This document shows positions 12,793 through 23,528 of a stretch of DNA of 33,897 nt, in pieces. The translations under genes were made by a program, and so were the position numbers. The stretch's first letter is position 1; each line of letters opens with the position of its first letter. Below the pieces are notes generated by a model, which saw only the letters and a program-made list of their open reading frames with translations, ran no database searches and had not been told where the DNA came from. Source of the stretch: Octopus bimaculoides (Eukaryota); NCBI RefSeq assembly GCF_001194135.2, contig NC_068984.1, positions 73,535,438 through 73,569,334 of the forward strand. The letters are read 5' to 3'.

Positions 12793-15443
12793 TGCTGGAG
12801 GAAGTAGTTTTTGTTCTTTTTTTTTCTTTCGAAACACCAGTTTTTACATGGATTGTTGTAGGAGATATCATTTTCCAGTTGACTGGATGCCTTAATGCTG
12901 TTTAGCCAAACAACTATGAAATATAAAATGTAAAACATAAAATACAGAATATAAAATAAAGGTGAAGGGAGGTCATGGCATCTATTTTACCATTTTTTGT
13001 GAGTGAGAATGAAATTGTAAAAATTTACTGGCAGAATGCATGTCATATGCTTGGTTCAAGGACTCTGCAATTTTATGCACTCAACTACCATACATGTTTA
13101 TGTTGCTGCTTTTCTTCTTATTTTTCTGTATTACTAGAAAAAAATCCACCATATTGTCAAGGAAGTTGTTTTTAAAAAATTGGTGAAAAATAATATAACT
13201 CTGAAGGAAAATAGTAAATATCAGTAAAAAAAATTTTGTAATATTTTGAGAAGTTTTATTAAAAAAAAGAATTTTATGGAATAAACAAGAAAACTATAAA
13301 TATATGAATTCAACTTCTTGATTACTGGTAGAAGCCAAACTTTTGTAGTAATTAATGGAAAATATAAATTAGACATAACTTTCAGGGTGGAAAGGAGCTG
13401 TTATTGGTCTGTCCTAAGACAGTGACCCAGTGAACCAAGACGGCCTCTATGCATGGATGCTTTGCATGCTAGAAATGATTACCAAATCTCCAGCAAATCA
13501 CTTCTACTGTTTAAAAAAAATGGATTCGTTGGCTGTTATAAATATAAATAACTCTTTAAAACAACAGGATGGGTATGGCCGGAATACCTTTAGTAATAGT
13601 GCTGCTCAATCAGGGTTGAAAAGGGATTAAATAGCAAATTGTAGCAATGGTAAATCTGAGTGAATAAGAGAAATTTATGTGGTCACTCAATCTGCTAGAA
13701 ACAGCAGCCAAATACTCCTTACATCACATCCTTCTGTTTTGGAAACAAGAAGGACACATTGAATAATCTAGTCCCATATATCAGCAAAAGGATAAGAAAG
13801 TTCCCTGGTAAGAATGTCTTTGGCCATAAATATGCTCAATCAGAATTAAACAATAATAACACAGGGTTAAACAATAACAACAACAATAAAAGCCAGCAAA
13901 GAGTCACATTGAATTAAGATTTATTAGTTCAGAGATAAATGCCCTACAATGTTGTTACGGTTGCTTAATCCCAAGTCCATTTTTATATGATCATTGGCAT
14001 TCTAGCCAAGACCATCCTGCTTTCCTGTTTTAAGAGCCTACATTATCCAGTGTGTCCTTTTTTAAAAAGTGTTATGAACTACAATATTCTCTTATTAATT
14101 GTTTTCTATAATAGTAAATAGCAGATAAAAATATAGAAATCCTATTGTGAATTGAGTACAAAAGTGCAGCTCAGTATCAAATGGTGTTGATGGGTGGATG
14201 CTGTCTTTACTTAATATAAAATCATGTTTCGTAATTGTCAGGCAGCCATGATTGACTTATTAGTTGGTGAGCAGAAAAGTTTGAATAAAAGCTTCATTTT
14301 GAACTGGTTTACAACAAAGAGAGTAGGCTGTGATTAGCAGAAGATTAGGCTGTTATAACTAGCAAGTTAATCACTCATGTAAAACCTCCCTGCAATGCAT
14401 CACAGGAGAGTTAAGAATATTTGTGAACTGAAATATTGAAATTTTCCACACTCCCTCACACCATTCCTACCAATAACAAATCAAATAATGATTTTCATAC
14501 CCAATCTTTATAATATAAGGCAAAAAAATGGAGTGACAATAGAGCACAGTCCATCAATTTACCCCCAGTTTTTGACAGATATTTTTTTATCGACCCCAGA
14601 AAGATGAATAGTAAAGTCAGCAGTGGTACAAGGTTGCAAATTCTGAGGGTAAAGTACAGTGAATTCCATCATCCTCGATATTTGGCTTTTCTTTTATTGG
14701 CCCCAGAAGGGTAAGCAATATCAACCCCTGCAGTTTTAGCAATTGTAGAGATGCAACTGGACTGAAAAACCAAAAGGATGTAAATAAAGGCTGAAAATAT
14801 ATTGTACAGTATTTAACAAATTGCACCATCTTTTACCCTAGTGATAATATATTTCTAGCATAAATACAAGGCTTCAGGTTTAGTGAAAGAGTTTAGTCAA
14901 TATCATCAAACCCAGAGTATGACTGATACATTATTTTATTGACTTTGGAGGAATGGAGAGCAAAGATGACCTCGGCGAAATTTGAACTCTGAGCATAAAA
15001 ACTCAATACTGCAAGATATTTCTTTCACATACTCTAACACCTTAGGCACTTAATAATGTTTTCAAATTATGGCACAAAGCCAGCAACATCGATCCCAGTG
15101 TTCAACTGGTAACTTATTTTATCGACCCTGAAAGGATGAAAGGTAAAATCAATCTCAGCAGAATTTGAACTCAGAACATAAACACGGACACAAAATGCTG
15201 CTAAGAATTTTTCCAAGCATGCTTACATTTCTGCCAGCTTGTTGCTTATTTACAAAAAGTACAATACCTGGAATTTTTGAGAAGGGAACTAGTCAATTAC
15301 ATCAATCCCCACTGTTTCACTGGTACTTAATTTATCAACTCCGAAAAGATGAAAGGAAATGTCAACCTCGGTGGTGGAATTTGAACTCATAATGCTGCGA
15401 AGCATTTTGCCCAGTGTGCTTATGATTCTGCCAGCTGATCATC

Positions 15444-16108
15444 TTGCTGCACAAGACCAAAGCCTCCCCACCAGAAATTACCAAAAACATATAATGAAAA
15501 GAAACATAACAAGTAACTGTAGAATATGTGGAGATGGACAAGAAACAATAAATCATATTATCTCTGGCTGCCCAGTCCTGGCTAAGAAGGAATATATTCA
15601 CAGAAACGACAGAGCTGGGACCTATATACACTGGAAGCTATGCCAACATTATGGAATAGCAACAGAAAAAAGATGGTATANNNNNNNNNNNNNNNNNNNN
15701 NNNNNNNNNNNNNNNNNNNNNNNNNNNNNNNNNNNNNNNNNNNNNNNNNNNNNNNNNNNNNNNNNNNNNNNNNNAAATACAAAGACCTGGAAATAGAGGT
15801 AACTCGAATGTGGAATCTAAAAACAGAAACAATTCCTATCATACATAGTAGGTGCCTTAGGTACAATAAAAAAATATTCAGACAAATACATAACAAAAAC
15901 ACCAGGACTTACAAATATCTATAACATACAGAAAATTGCATTACTGGGCACTGCACACATCCTATGCAAAACACTTTCAATACAGTAACCATAAGAGCAC
16001 CACAGCAAACCACAGCACATACCCAAGGTGCACAGAGCTGCGCTCAGTAGTGAAGTGAAAGCACGTTATAAAAATAAAACTGCTGAACAAAAATAATAAT
16101 AATAATAA
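15444..16108 (+). mobile_element. R4/Dong-like (RLE-type) non-LTR retrotransposon 3' fragment, interrupted by a gap
   Basis: AAQDQSL.TR..CRICG..ETINHIISGCPVLA..Y..R (CCHC knuckle); KYKDL..EV.RMW..IPI..KIALLGTAHIL; (AAT)n tail. Confidence 0.85.
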
Positions 16109-16583
16109 TCCTTTCTACTATAGGCACACGGCCTGAAATTTGGCAGGGAGGGAACTTATCAATTACATTGACTCCCAGTGCTTGACAGGTACTTAATTTA
16201 TCGAGTCTGAAAGCATGAAAGGAAAAGTTGACCTCAGTGGAATTTAAACTCAGAACGTAAAGACAGACGAAATGCCACTAAGCATTTTGCCTGCCGTGCT
16301 AACGATTCTGCCAGCTCACCTCTTATTACTGCACTCAATAATAATAATAATTATAATAATAATTGGTGGAACAGTGGATCTCAAAGCACACATAAAGCTT
16401 GAAAGACTTTTTTTTTTGTTAGTGAGTAAGAGCAGTAGTAAATATTGGGTTGAAAACCGAAATTCATTTTGCATAGAAAAAGTTGAAGGCAGCCTTCAAC
16501 TTTTTCAGTTTGAAAAGGTTTTTCAACCTAATATTTACATCACATTATTTATAGCTTTATGTGTGTTCCAAGACCAGTTATTC

Positions 16584-16968
16584 TGTTGTTGGCACTCCGT
16601 CGCTTACGACGTCGAGGGTTCCAGTTGATCCGATCAACGGAACAACCTACTCGTGAAATTAACGTGCAAATGGCTGAGCACTCTACAGACACATGTACCC
16701 TTAATGTAGTTCTTGGGGATATTCAGCATGACACAGTGTGACAAGGCTGACCCTTTGAATTACAGGCACAACAGAAACAGGAAGTAAGAGTGAAAGAAAG
16801 TTGTGGTGAAAGAGTACAGCAAGGTTCACCACCATCCCCTGCCGGAGCCTCGTGGAGCTTTAGGTGTTTTTACTCAATAAACACTCACAACGCCCGGTCT
16901 GGAAATTGAAACCGCAATCCTATGACCACGAGTCCGCTGCCCTAACCACTGGGCCATCGCGCCTCCAC
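16584..16968 (-). mobile_element. Full-length tRNA-derived SINE, family A
   Basis: Reverse-complement match to 27470-27849 along its length. Confidence 0.85.
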
Positions 16969-17503
16969 ATCCAGTTATTCTAAACAAGAATTAACTAACA
17001 TTCTCTTGAACATTTATAAATTCTTATGATGTCAATCATAATTAATTATTTCTAAAATAGGCACAAGGCCTCAAATTTGTGAGAAGGAGTAAGCCACATA
17101 AATCAACACCAGTAATTGAATTAAATAATAATTTATTTTATCAACCCTAGAAAGATGAAAAGCAATGTTGACTTTAGGAGGATTTGAGCACAAAATGTAA
17201 AGCACCATAGTTCTGCTGAATATCCTAGAAAACCTTGCATAGGTGAAAACCTAGAAAATAACAACACTAAAAAGTGCCCATTTTCTGTATTGTGCAATAT
17301 GTATAAAGAAAAATAACAACAACCAAATCTTTTCTATTGCATCTCACACTGGAATTCCACATTTGTTAAAGGACAATATAACAAATAAACAATATGGAAA
17401 AATACATAAGATATTCAGCCTAAGCAACAGAAGTGTGAATGAAATAGGTGGTGAAGATATTAGAAACAAGAAAAAAAATAATAAAACCAACAAAATTTCT
17501 TAC

Positions 17504-17610
17504 TATTACTAAGGACTTCATAAGCCTCTGCGATTTGCATAAACATCTCTGCAGCCTTCAGACATTGATCAGTTTTGTCAGGATGGTACAACAGAGCCAG
17601 TTTCCGATAA
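17504..17610 (-). CDS. DNAJB13: DNAJB13 coding exon 2 ([36 protein letters not shown])
   Basis: Acceptor ttccatgcag, donor gtaaga; HPD motif and AYEVLS helix of the J-domain; 107 nt, phase 2 to phase 1. Confidence 0.95.
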
Positions 17611-18116
17611 CTGCATGGAAAAAAACAAGAAGAATACAATATATATATATATGTATGATTTATTTCTTCCTATCTCTTGCATATATTATATTTTGCATAG
17701 AGAAATAGTAGATCTTATGTTTAATAATCTACAAATGGAAGGATTACCAAATACCAGATTGAGTGAAAAATTAGCATATATGGATGATGCCATTTTCATG
17801 CAAGTTTTAAATAACCAGAATATCTTCTGATTGTGTCTTAGCATAAGTAAACTAAATTCCTACATTAAAGTTTAATGGATTCCTGTCAGTCATGATTTCA
17901 AGTATTCATACTTCAACATGTTATGCATGTTATTCATAACTCCATTTGTATTTGTCTTAAAGTAACATTTTCATTTTGCTTCAGCCTTAATTCTCCATGG
18001 AATTATTAGTTGAGAAATGGGTAAACTATATATAACTATGTATTTTATATTCTATACACTTAGGGTACAAAATCAATGCATGCATTCATACCACTTTCTC
18101 GAATATATATAAATTC

Positions 18117-18156
<40 letters not shown>

Positions 18157-18194
18157 CAATTTAGTCCAAACACCCTGTGTGTGTGTGTGTATAA

Positions 18195-18238
<44 letters not shown>

Positions 18239-18239
<1 letters not shown>

Positions 18240-18625
18240 CTCTTTACTCTTTTACTTGTTTCGGCCATTTGACTGCGGCCATGCTGGAGCACTGCCTTTA
18301 GTCGAGCAAATCGACCCCAGGACTTATTCCTTGTAAGCCCAGTACTTATTCTATTGGTCTCTTTTGCCAAACCGCTAAGTTATGGGGACGTAAACACACC
18401 AGCATCGGTTGTCAAGCGATGTTGGGGGGACAAACACAGACACACAAACACACATACACATATATATACATATATATATACGACAGGCTTCTTTCAGTTT
18501 CCGTCTACCAAGGCTTTGGTCAGCCCAGGGCTATAGTAGAAGACACTTGCCCAAGGTGCCACGCAGTGGGACTGAACCCAGAACTACATGGTTGGTAAGG
18601 AAGCTACTTACCACACAGCCACTCC
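18239..18625 (-). mobile_element. tRNA-derived SINE, family C (other copies 9205-9612 -, 24185-24545 -, 26465-26625 +, 31625-31825 -, 33015-33135 -)
   Basis: Head TGGCTGTGTGG..GGTTCTGGGTTCAGTCCC, internal CA/TA microsatellite, tail CAGTGCTCCAGCATGGCCGCAG; copy boundaries approximate. Confidence 0.8.
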
Positions 18626-18734
18626 TAGAAACATTGGTTATAGAACAAACATTAAAGATGCACAGATACAATAAACACCAAAAGTGTACAGAAAATAGAC
18701 TCCATCAACTGCCATTGGGGTAAGCTAGAGGAAT

Positions 18735-19740
18735 TAGATAGCTTCCGTTATCTAGGTGACCAAGTTAATAGCGGAAGTGGATGCTCCAAGAGCGTAGCTG
18801 TGAGAATAAGATTAGGCAGGGGAATGTTCAGAGAGCTCCTGCCTCTGCTGGCAACAAAGGCCTCTCCCTCAGAGTGAAAGGCAGACTGAATGATGCCTGT
18901 GTATGAACAGCTATGCTACACAGCAGTAAAACAGGGGCTGTGGCAGCAAAGGACATGTGTAGGCTTGAAAGAAATGAAACCACTATACTTCACTGGATGT
19001 GCAATGTCAGTGTGCATGTTCAACAGAGTGTAAGCACCTTGAGAGAGAAAGTTGGGCACAAGAGGCATCAGATGTGGTGTGCAAGAGAGAGGACTGTGCT
19101 GGTATGGTCATATGTTGCATATGGACGAGGACAGCTGTGTAAAGATGTGCCGATCTCTAACTGTGGTAGAGGTAGACCCAGGAAGATATGGGAGGAGATG
19201 GTAAAGCATGATCTTCGAACTTTGGGCCTCACAAAGGCAATGATCTGTGACTGAGACCTTTGGTGATACGTTGTGCTTGAGAAGACCCATCAAGCCAAGT
19301 GAAATCATAGTCATGGCTGATGCTGGTATCACGTAACTAGTACTTGTTCCGGTGACACATAAAAAGCACCTTTCAAGCGTTGGGCCTCATAGAGACAAAG
19401 TGGCTGACACACGTGAAAAGCTGCTTTTGAGTGTTGGGCTTCATGGAGGCAATGACCAAGACCTTTGGCATTATGTCATGCTTGAGAAAAAGACCCATCA
19501 AGCCAAGTAAAATCACAGTCGTGGCAGATACCAGTGTCATGCAAATGGCACCCATGCTGGTGGCACATAAAAGCACCTGTTACACTCTCAGAGTGGTTGG
19601 CATTAGAAGGGCATTCAGCTGTAGAAACCATGTCAAATAAGACTGGAGTCTGGTGAAGCCTTCCAGCTTGGCAGCTCTGGTCAAAACCGTCCAACCCATG
19701 CCAGCATGGACAACAGAATCTTGATGACAATAATGATGAG
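18735..19740 (+). mobile_element. RTE-clade LINE 3' fragment with 3' UTR and (GAT)n-like tail
   Basis: SFRYLGD..RIRL..FRELLPLL..LSLRVKGRL..RLERNE..L.WMCNV..GRGRPRKIW motifs with stops and frameshifts. Confidence 0.85.
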
Positions 19741-20208
19741 ATATATTGTTATGGCTATTTCGTGTGACGCCATTTGCACTTCAAAAATATATTTGCAATG
19801 ATATAAACCCCTTTGAATATTAATGTATCAATCTTTTTTCTTCTTTGTGTTGTAAACCATTTGCCATTTTTGAGGTGCCCTAAGCACGTGTTTATTATAG
19901 GCAGAGGTAAAGAATATGCACACCACCCGTTTTCGGCGTTTTTTATTTATTTTTTCCAAAAATTTCTTCGGATGTTCAATATACAATTTAAGTCCTGGTC
20001 ACAAAAACAACAAAAAAAAAACACAGCTTACTAGTTGTAATAAATGTGTAGAAAACGAATATGAAAACAAAAATTTGCGCAAATGAATGCGGTGGGTGGG
20101 GAAATGACTTTCTGAAAATTCACAAGATCCGATTTTTCCCTCATAACTTTCAGGAAAATGGATATATATTGTTGAAATTTTATAGAAATACCGTTCAAAT
20201 AGCACAAA

Positions 20209-20817
20209 GGTAAATATGAAGAATCTTTCCCAACGACAGATTAAAAAGATGTATACATTACGAAAAACGTATTAAAAAATAGGGCAAACTAGCCATTTCA
20301 GAGATATTCGCATTTTAGGAGGGTTCCGAGTACAATTTGTGAAGGAAATGGTTCGGAGACATGGGATATGGTGTAAGTACCTCAAGCAGTATATGGCGAG
20401 ATATCTGTTCATTTAGTCTATTCCGAGTCATGCTGAACGTCTCCAACGCTTTCTTACAGAGAGCAGCATAACTGTGCTCGGGACCCTCTTAAAAATGTGA
20501 ATATATTTGAAACGGTGAGCTTGCTCTATTTTTTGTTACGTTTTTTTGTAATATACACATTTATTTTGCCGTAGAACGTTGGGCGACGGCAAAGCGCGTA
20601 CACACTGGTTAGGGTTAGTATTAAGAGTTAGTTTCAGGGTTAGTTTTAGGCTTAGTTTTGGGTTTAGAGTTAAGTGATGTGTACACGTTTTACCTTAATC
20701 CATAACACTCATAGTTCCCCTATTTTTATAGTGTTTTTCGTAATCTACACGTTGATTTTACTGTAGAAAACTGCGTTTATTTAAATTTGTCATTGGAAAA
20801 GATTCTTCACATTTACC
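20209..20817 (+). mobile_element. Internally deleted Merlin/IS1016-like DNA transposon with transposase C-terminal remnant
   Basis: GGTAAAT-ended imperfect TIRs (about 20209-20290 and 20711-20817); 20315-20490 translates to VKEMVRRHGIWCKYLKQYMARYLFI*SIPSHAERLQRFLTE; degenerate TTAGGG tract at 20607-20672. Confidence 0.55.
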
Positions 20818-20849
20818 AATTAAAATGTGAAAAAAATATTTCCAGATTC

Positions 20850-21013
20850 GTACTTAAATACAGAGGTCTCGATGCATCAACATAACGATATGATTTTTAC
20901 AGTGCACACTCGTTAGGGATAGGGCTAGTTTTTAGGGTTATGGTTACGTAAATGCGTCGAGACCTCTGTATTTAAATACTACCATTAAGGGACCTCTCTA
21001 TTTCAGTAGTACC
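20850..21013. mobile_element. Small foldback MITE related to the 23529 element
   Basis: 28-bp IR (20850-20877 / 20952-20979, 2 mismatches); internal GCACACTCGTTAGGGATAGGGCTAG; second terminus GTAGTACC at 21006-21013. Confidence 0.65.
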
Positions 21014-21485
21014 TATTTTTCTGCAAGGATTTTTAAAAATTCGTAAAAAGTTAAAAATTAAAGGTGGTGGGAAATAGAAAATTTGAAAACGTGATTTTTG
21101 TGCAAAATTGTATTCTATATCGAAAACAGAAATCCGAAGAAATTAAAAAAGCAAACAAACAAATAAAAACGTCGTAAATGTGTAGTGTGCGCATTCTTTA
21201 CTTCCGTCTTTTATTTTGCTTAATGTTTTATCCAGCGCTGTGTTGTGTGCTTGGGTGTCTTTGTGTTGACATCAAATGATAGTTATAAACGAGCGTCACC
21301 ATCATTTAAGTAGTATTGGTCATTTTCAGTCTTCTATGAAAGCAAGTTCCCCCATGGGGAAATCTTACTTTATTTGGAAAGTAGTGAGGCGTGGGGATAG
21401 AAGGAGCATCGGGCCAGCCCTAGAAAACTTGCATCAACGAATTCTGTCTGACCCAGACGACGACGACGACGACGACAGACAGACA

Positions 21486-21695
21486 TAGATAGATAGATAG
21501 ATAGATTTCTTTTATTAGTCACACAGGGCTTTACACAGAGGGGACAAATACAATGTAGAGCTTTTCTTTTTGGGAGGGGAAACGAGAGAAAAAAAAGGAG
21601 GCGGTCGATCAAAAGGGATCGTAGGAAAGAAAAAAGTGGGGAGTTCGATCAAAAGGAATCGAGGAAAAAAAAAAAGCGATCAATAGGGATCGTGT
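21486..21695 (-). mobile_element. Probable non-LTR retrotransposon 3' UTR with AATAAA and (TCTA)n tail
   Basis: Minus strand: three CGATC-N6-GATYG units, T-rich tracts, CTAATAAA, then (TCTA)n; family not identified. Confidence 0.45.
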
Positions 21696-21939
21696 GCGCG
21701 CAAACGCACAATATTTCTATCACATATACAGCTTTCACTATGGGACATGCTTTCCGTTATCAGCCCAGACGTAGATCACAATAATTTCATCACTTTGCAA
21801 TTTATTTTTTTTCTAACGTTCTATCATTGCTACAACACTCGTTAATCTTATTCAAAAGGAATATTAAATAATACAATGTAATTTATGCCTCTATGTCAGC
21901 AACTGCATACGATTCGACATTACAATTGAACTAACTTGC

Positions 21940-22007
21940 CTTTTCTTTATCTCAGCATCTGTTGCACTCCTGGTAATATTTAGTATGTCATAGTAATCGA
22001 CTCCCAT
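21940..22007 (-). CDS. DNAJB13: DnaJ homolog subfamily B member 13, coding exon 1 (MGVDYYDILNITRSATDAEIKK-), GC donor
   Basis: ATG at 22007-22005; J-domain N-terminus DYYDIL..EIKK; 68 nt, phase 2, donor AAG|GCAAGT; joins in frame to exon 2. Confidence 0.92.
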
Positions 22008-22090
22008 GTTAATTTGATGAGTAAATTGGATTAAGGTGTAGTGAAAAAGAGAGAAGAGGAAAAAATATTACTATAACATTTTATATGTAC

Positions 22091-22098
22091 GTAAACAA
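22091..22098 (+). promoter_or_regulatory. Forkhead (FOXJ1-type) motif GTAAACAA next to the X-box
   Basis: RTAAACA core 17 bp from the X-box; short motif with high chance of random occurrence in AT-rich DNA. Confidence 0.45.
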
Positions 22099-22114
22099 TA
22101 ACTTGCTAGTGACT

Positions 22115-22128
22115 GTTGCCATAGTAAT
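22115..22128. promoter_or_regulatory. RFX X-box (GTTGCCATAGTAAT)
   Basis: Matches GTNRCC-N0-3-RGYAAC except the last base; 108-121 bp upstream of the DNAJB13 ATG. Confidence 0.65.
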
Positions 22129-23178
22129 TTTAGAGCTAGCCACATAACTGATAGTTACGCATTATGTAAGTCGTATTATAATCGATACATACATGTGTGT
22201 GGGGGGGGGGGTACATAACTGATTTCGAGAATTTCTCCTAATAGTTTTATAGAAGCTGAATTATTTCTTCGTTTACTTTAGTGTTAGAACCAATTAATTT
22301 TCCAGCTTTTTCTACAACCGGTTTGAAAAAAGTTAAAGTTTGTCTGCTGTGAGAAATACTAAAAACTAGCCCCCTTTTTTTTTTCAAATTTATTTCAGTG
22401 CTATCTTATATAAATAAATTCATTAAAAAAAATAGAAAGACTATTTTATATTTACAATCAGGGAATCTATGATACGCGCGGATTTTACATATCGGCTTGT
22501 TTTTCCGTAATAAAAACAATTTTAGTTATTTTTTCTATATATATTTTTTTATTAATTCTACCTCACCAACCTTTAGATATAAAATATGACTGACACAGTT
22601 TTAAAATATACACTAAGAAATACTATATTCTTTATAATTCGTTTTCTTTTATTCATTTCTATCTCTCCAATGTGTGTGCGTTATTGTTTGTTTTTATGTT
22701 CAATTATAATAAAAAACAATTTTACATTAATCTGATAGGTTTCTTTATACTTTTGTAGAGCAAAATTTTATCATTCTTTAACAAGAATTTTGTTGTCAGT
22801 AACTTCGAAGTGTCGGCCGTCAATGGACTGGCTGCCCTACGACGGCTTAACTGGCTGATACTTCGAAGTCACTATCAACAACATTCGTGTTTAAGAATAA
22901 CGTGCGCGCACAGACACACAGATAGATAGATAGATAGAAGTCGAGGTCAACTTTGCCTTTAAATTATTCCATCGGGTCGTAAAAATAGTACCTGTTATGT
23001 ACTGGCATACATTTTATATTTCTATAAAACGTCCAGGGTGTGAATGGTAGGGTTATATAGCAGAAGACTGAGACGAAAAATAATTTTTGGTCGAGATACA
23101 TATACGAAACTAATTGAATGAATAGACGAATATCTCGCAACCGTAAACCACTCAGCGAAGTTTGAAAACATTCAATGT

Positions 23179-23185
23179 TGTTTAC
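23179..23185 (-). promoter_or_regulatory. Forkhead motif TGTTTAC just upstream of the CFAP47 ATG
   Basis: Reverse complement of GTAAACA, 25 bp before the ATG (could be in the 5' UTR). Confidence 0.35.
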
Positions 23186-23209
23186 TTGTCAACGCGGATT
23201 GTGTACAAA

Positions 23210-23353
23210 ATGGCCAAGACCGACGGTAAAGTCATATCAATTCACCCACCGTATATTAGTTTCATAAGCGATAGGTGGCACGAAGAAAACGTCCTAGTTA
23301 CCAATGTCAGCAATAACTTAAGAACAATCGAGTTACATCCACCGAAATCAGAC
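23210..23353 (+). CDS. CFAP47: Cilia- and flagella-associated protein 47, putative first coding exon (MAKTDGKVISIHPPYISFISDRWHEENVLVTNVSNNLRTIELHPPKSD)
   Basis: ATG in aaaATGG context, donor gac|gtaagt, phase 0; resembles the start of the first ASH/Ig-like repeat of CFAP47 and joins in frame to exon 2. Confidence 0.8.
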
Positions 23354-23528
23354 GTAAGTAAAGTCTTTACGGTATTTATTTATTTATTTATTTGTTCATT
23401 CATTCATTTATTTATTTGTTTGTTTATTCACTCATTTATTTCTTTATTTTTGTTTTCATTGGTTTTGATGAAGGTGTTATATCTATGGCTTCTGCAGGTC
23501 CTCCGGGTTTAGAGAAATCGATATATTT

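Larger units (their letters stand above)
19900..21208. mobile_element. Older outer TIR element (about 100-bp diverged TIRs) hosting the Merlin-like insertions
   Basis: GGCAGAGGTAAAGAATATGCACACCACCCGTTTTCGGCG at 19900 mirrors the reverse complement of about 21165-21208; similarity continues to ATCCGAAGAAATT; superfamily unclear. Confidence 0.6.
22008..23209. promoter_or_regulatory. Putative bidirectional promoter region between DNAJB13 and CFAP47
   Basis: 1.2-kb spacer between divergent start codons; the transcription start sites cannot be seen from sequence. Confidence 0.7.

Noticed and set aside
14617-14829. 70-aa minus-strand ORF as an extra DNAJB13 exon
   Set aside because: No similarity to the family, and exons 2 and 3 join directly in frame.
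17701-17830. Plus-strand segment with acceptor-like ttttgcatag and LAYMDD motif
   Set aside because: Only 42 codons, no other reverse transcriptase motifs and no partner exons; at most a tiny decayed RT scrap.
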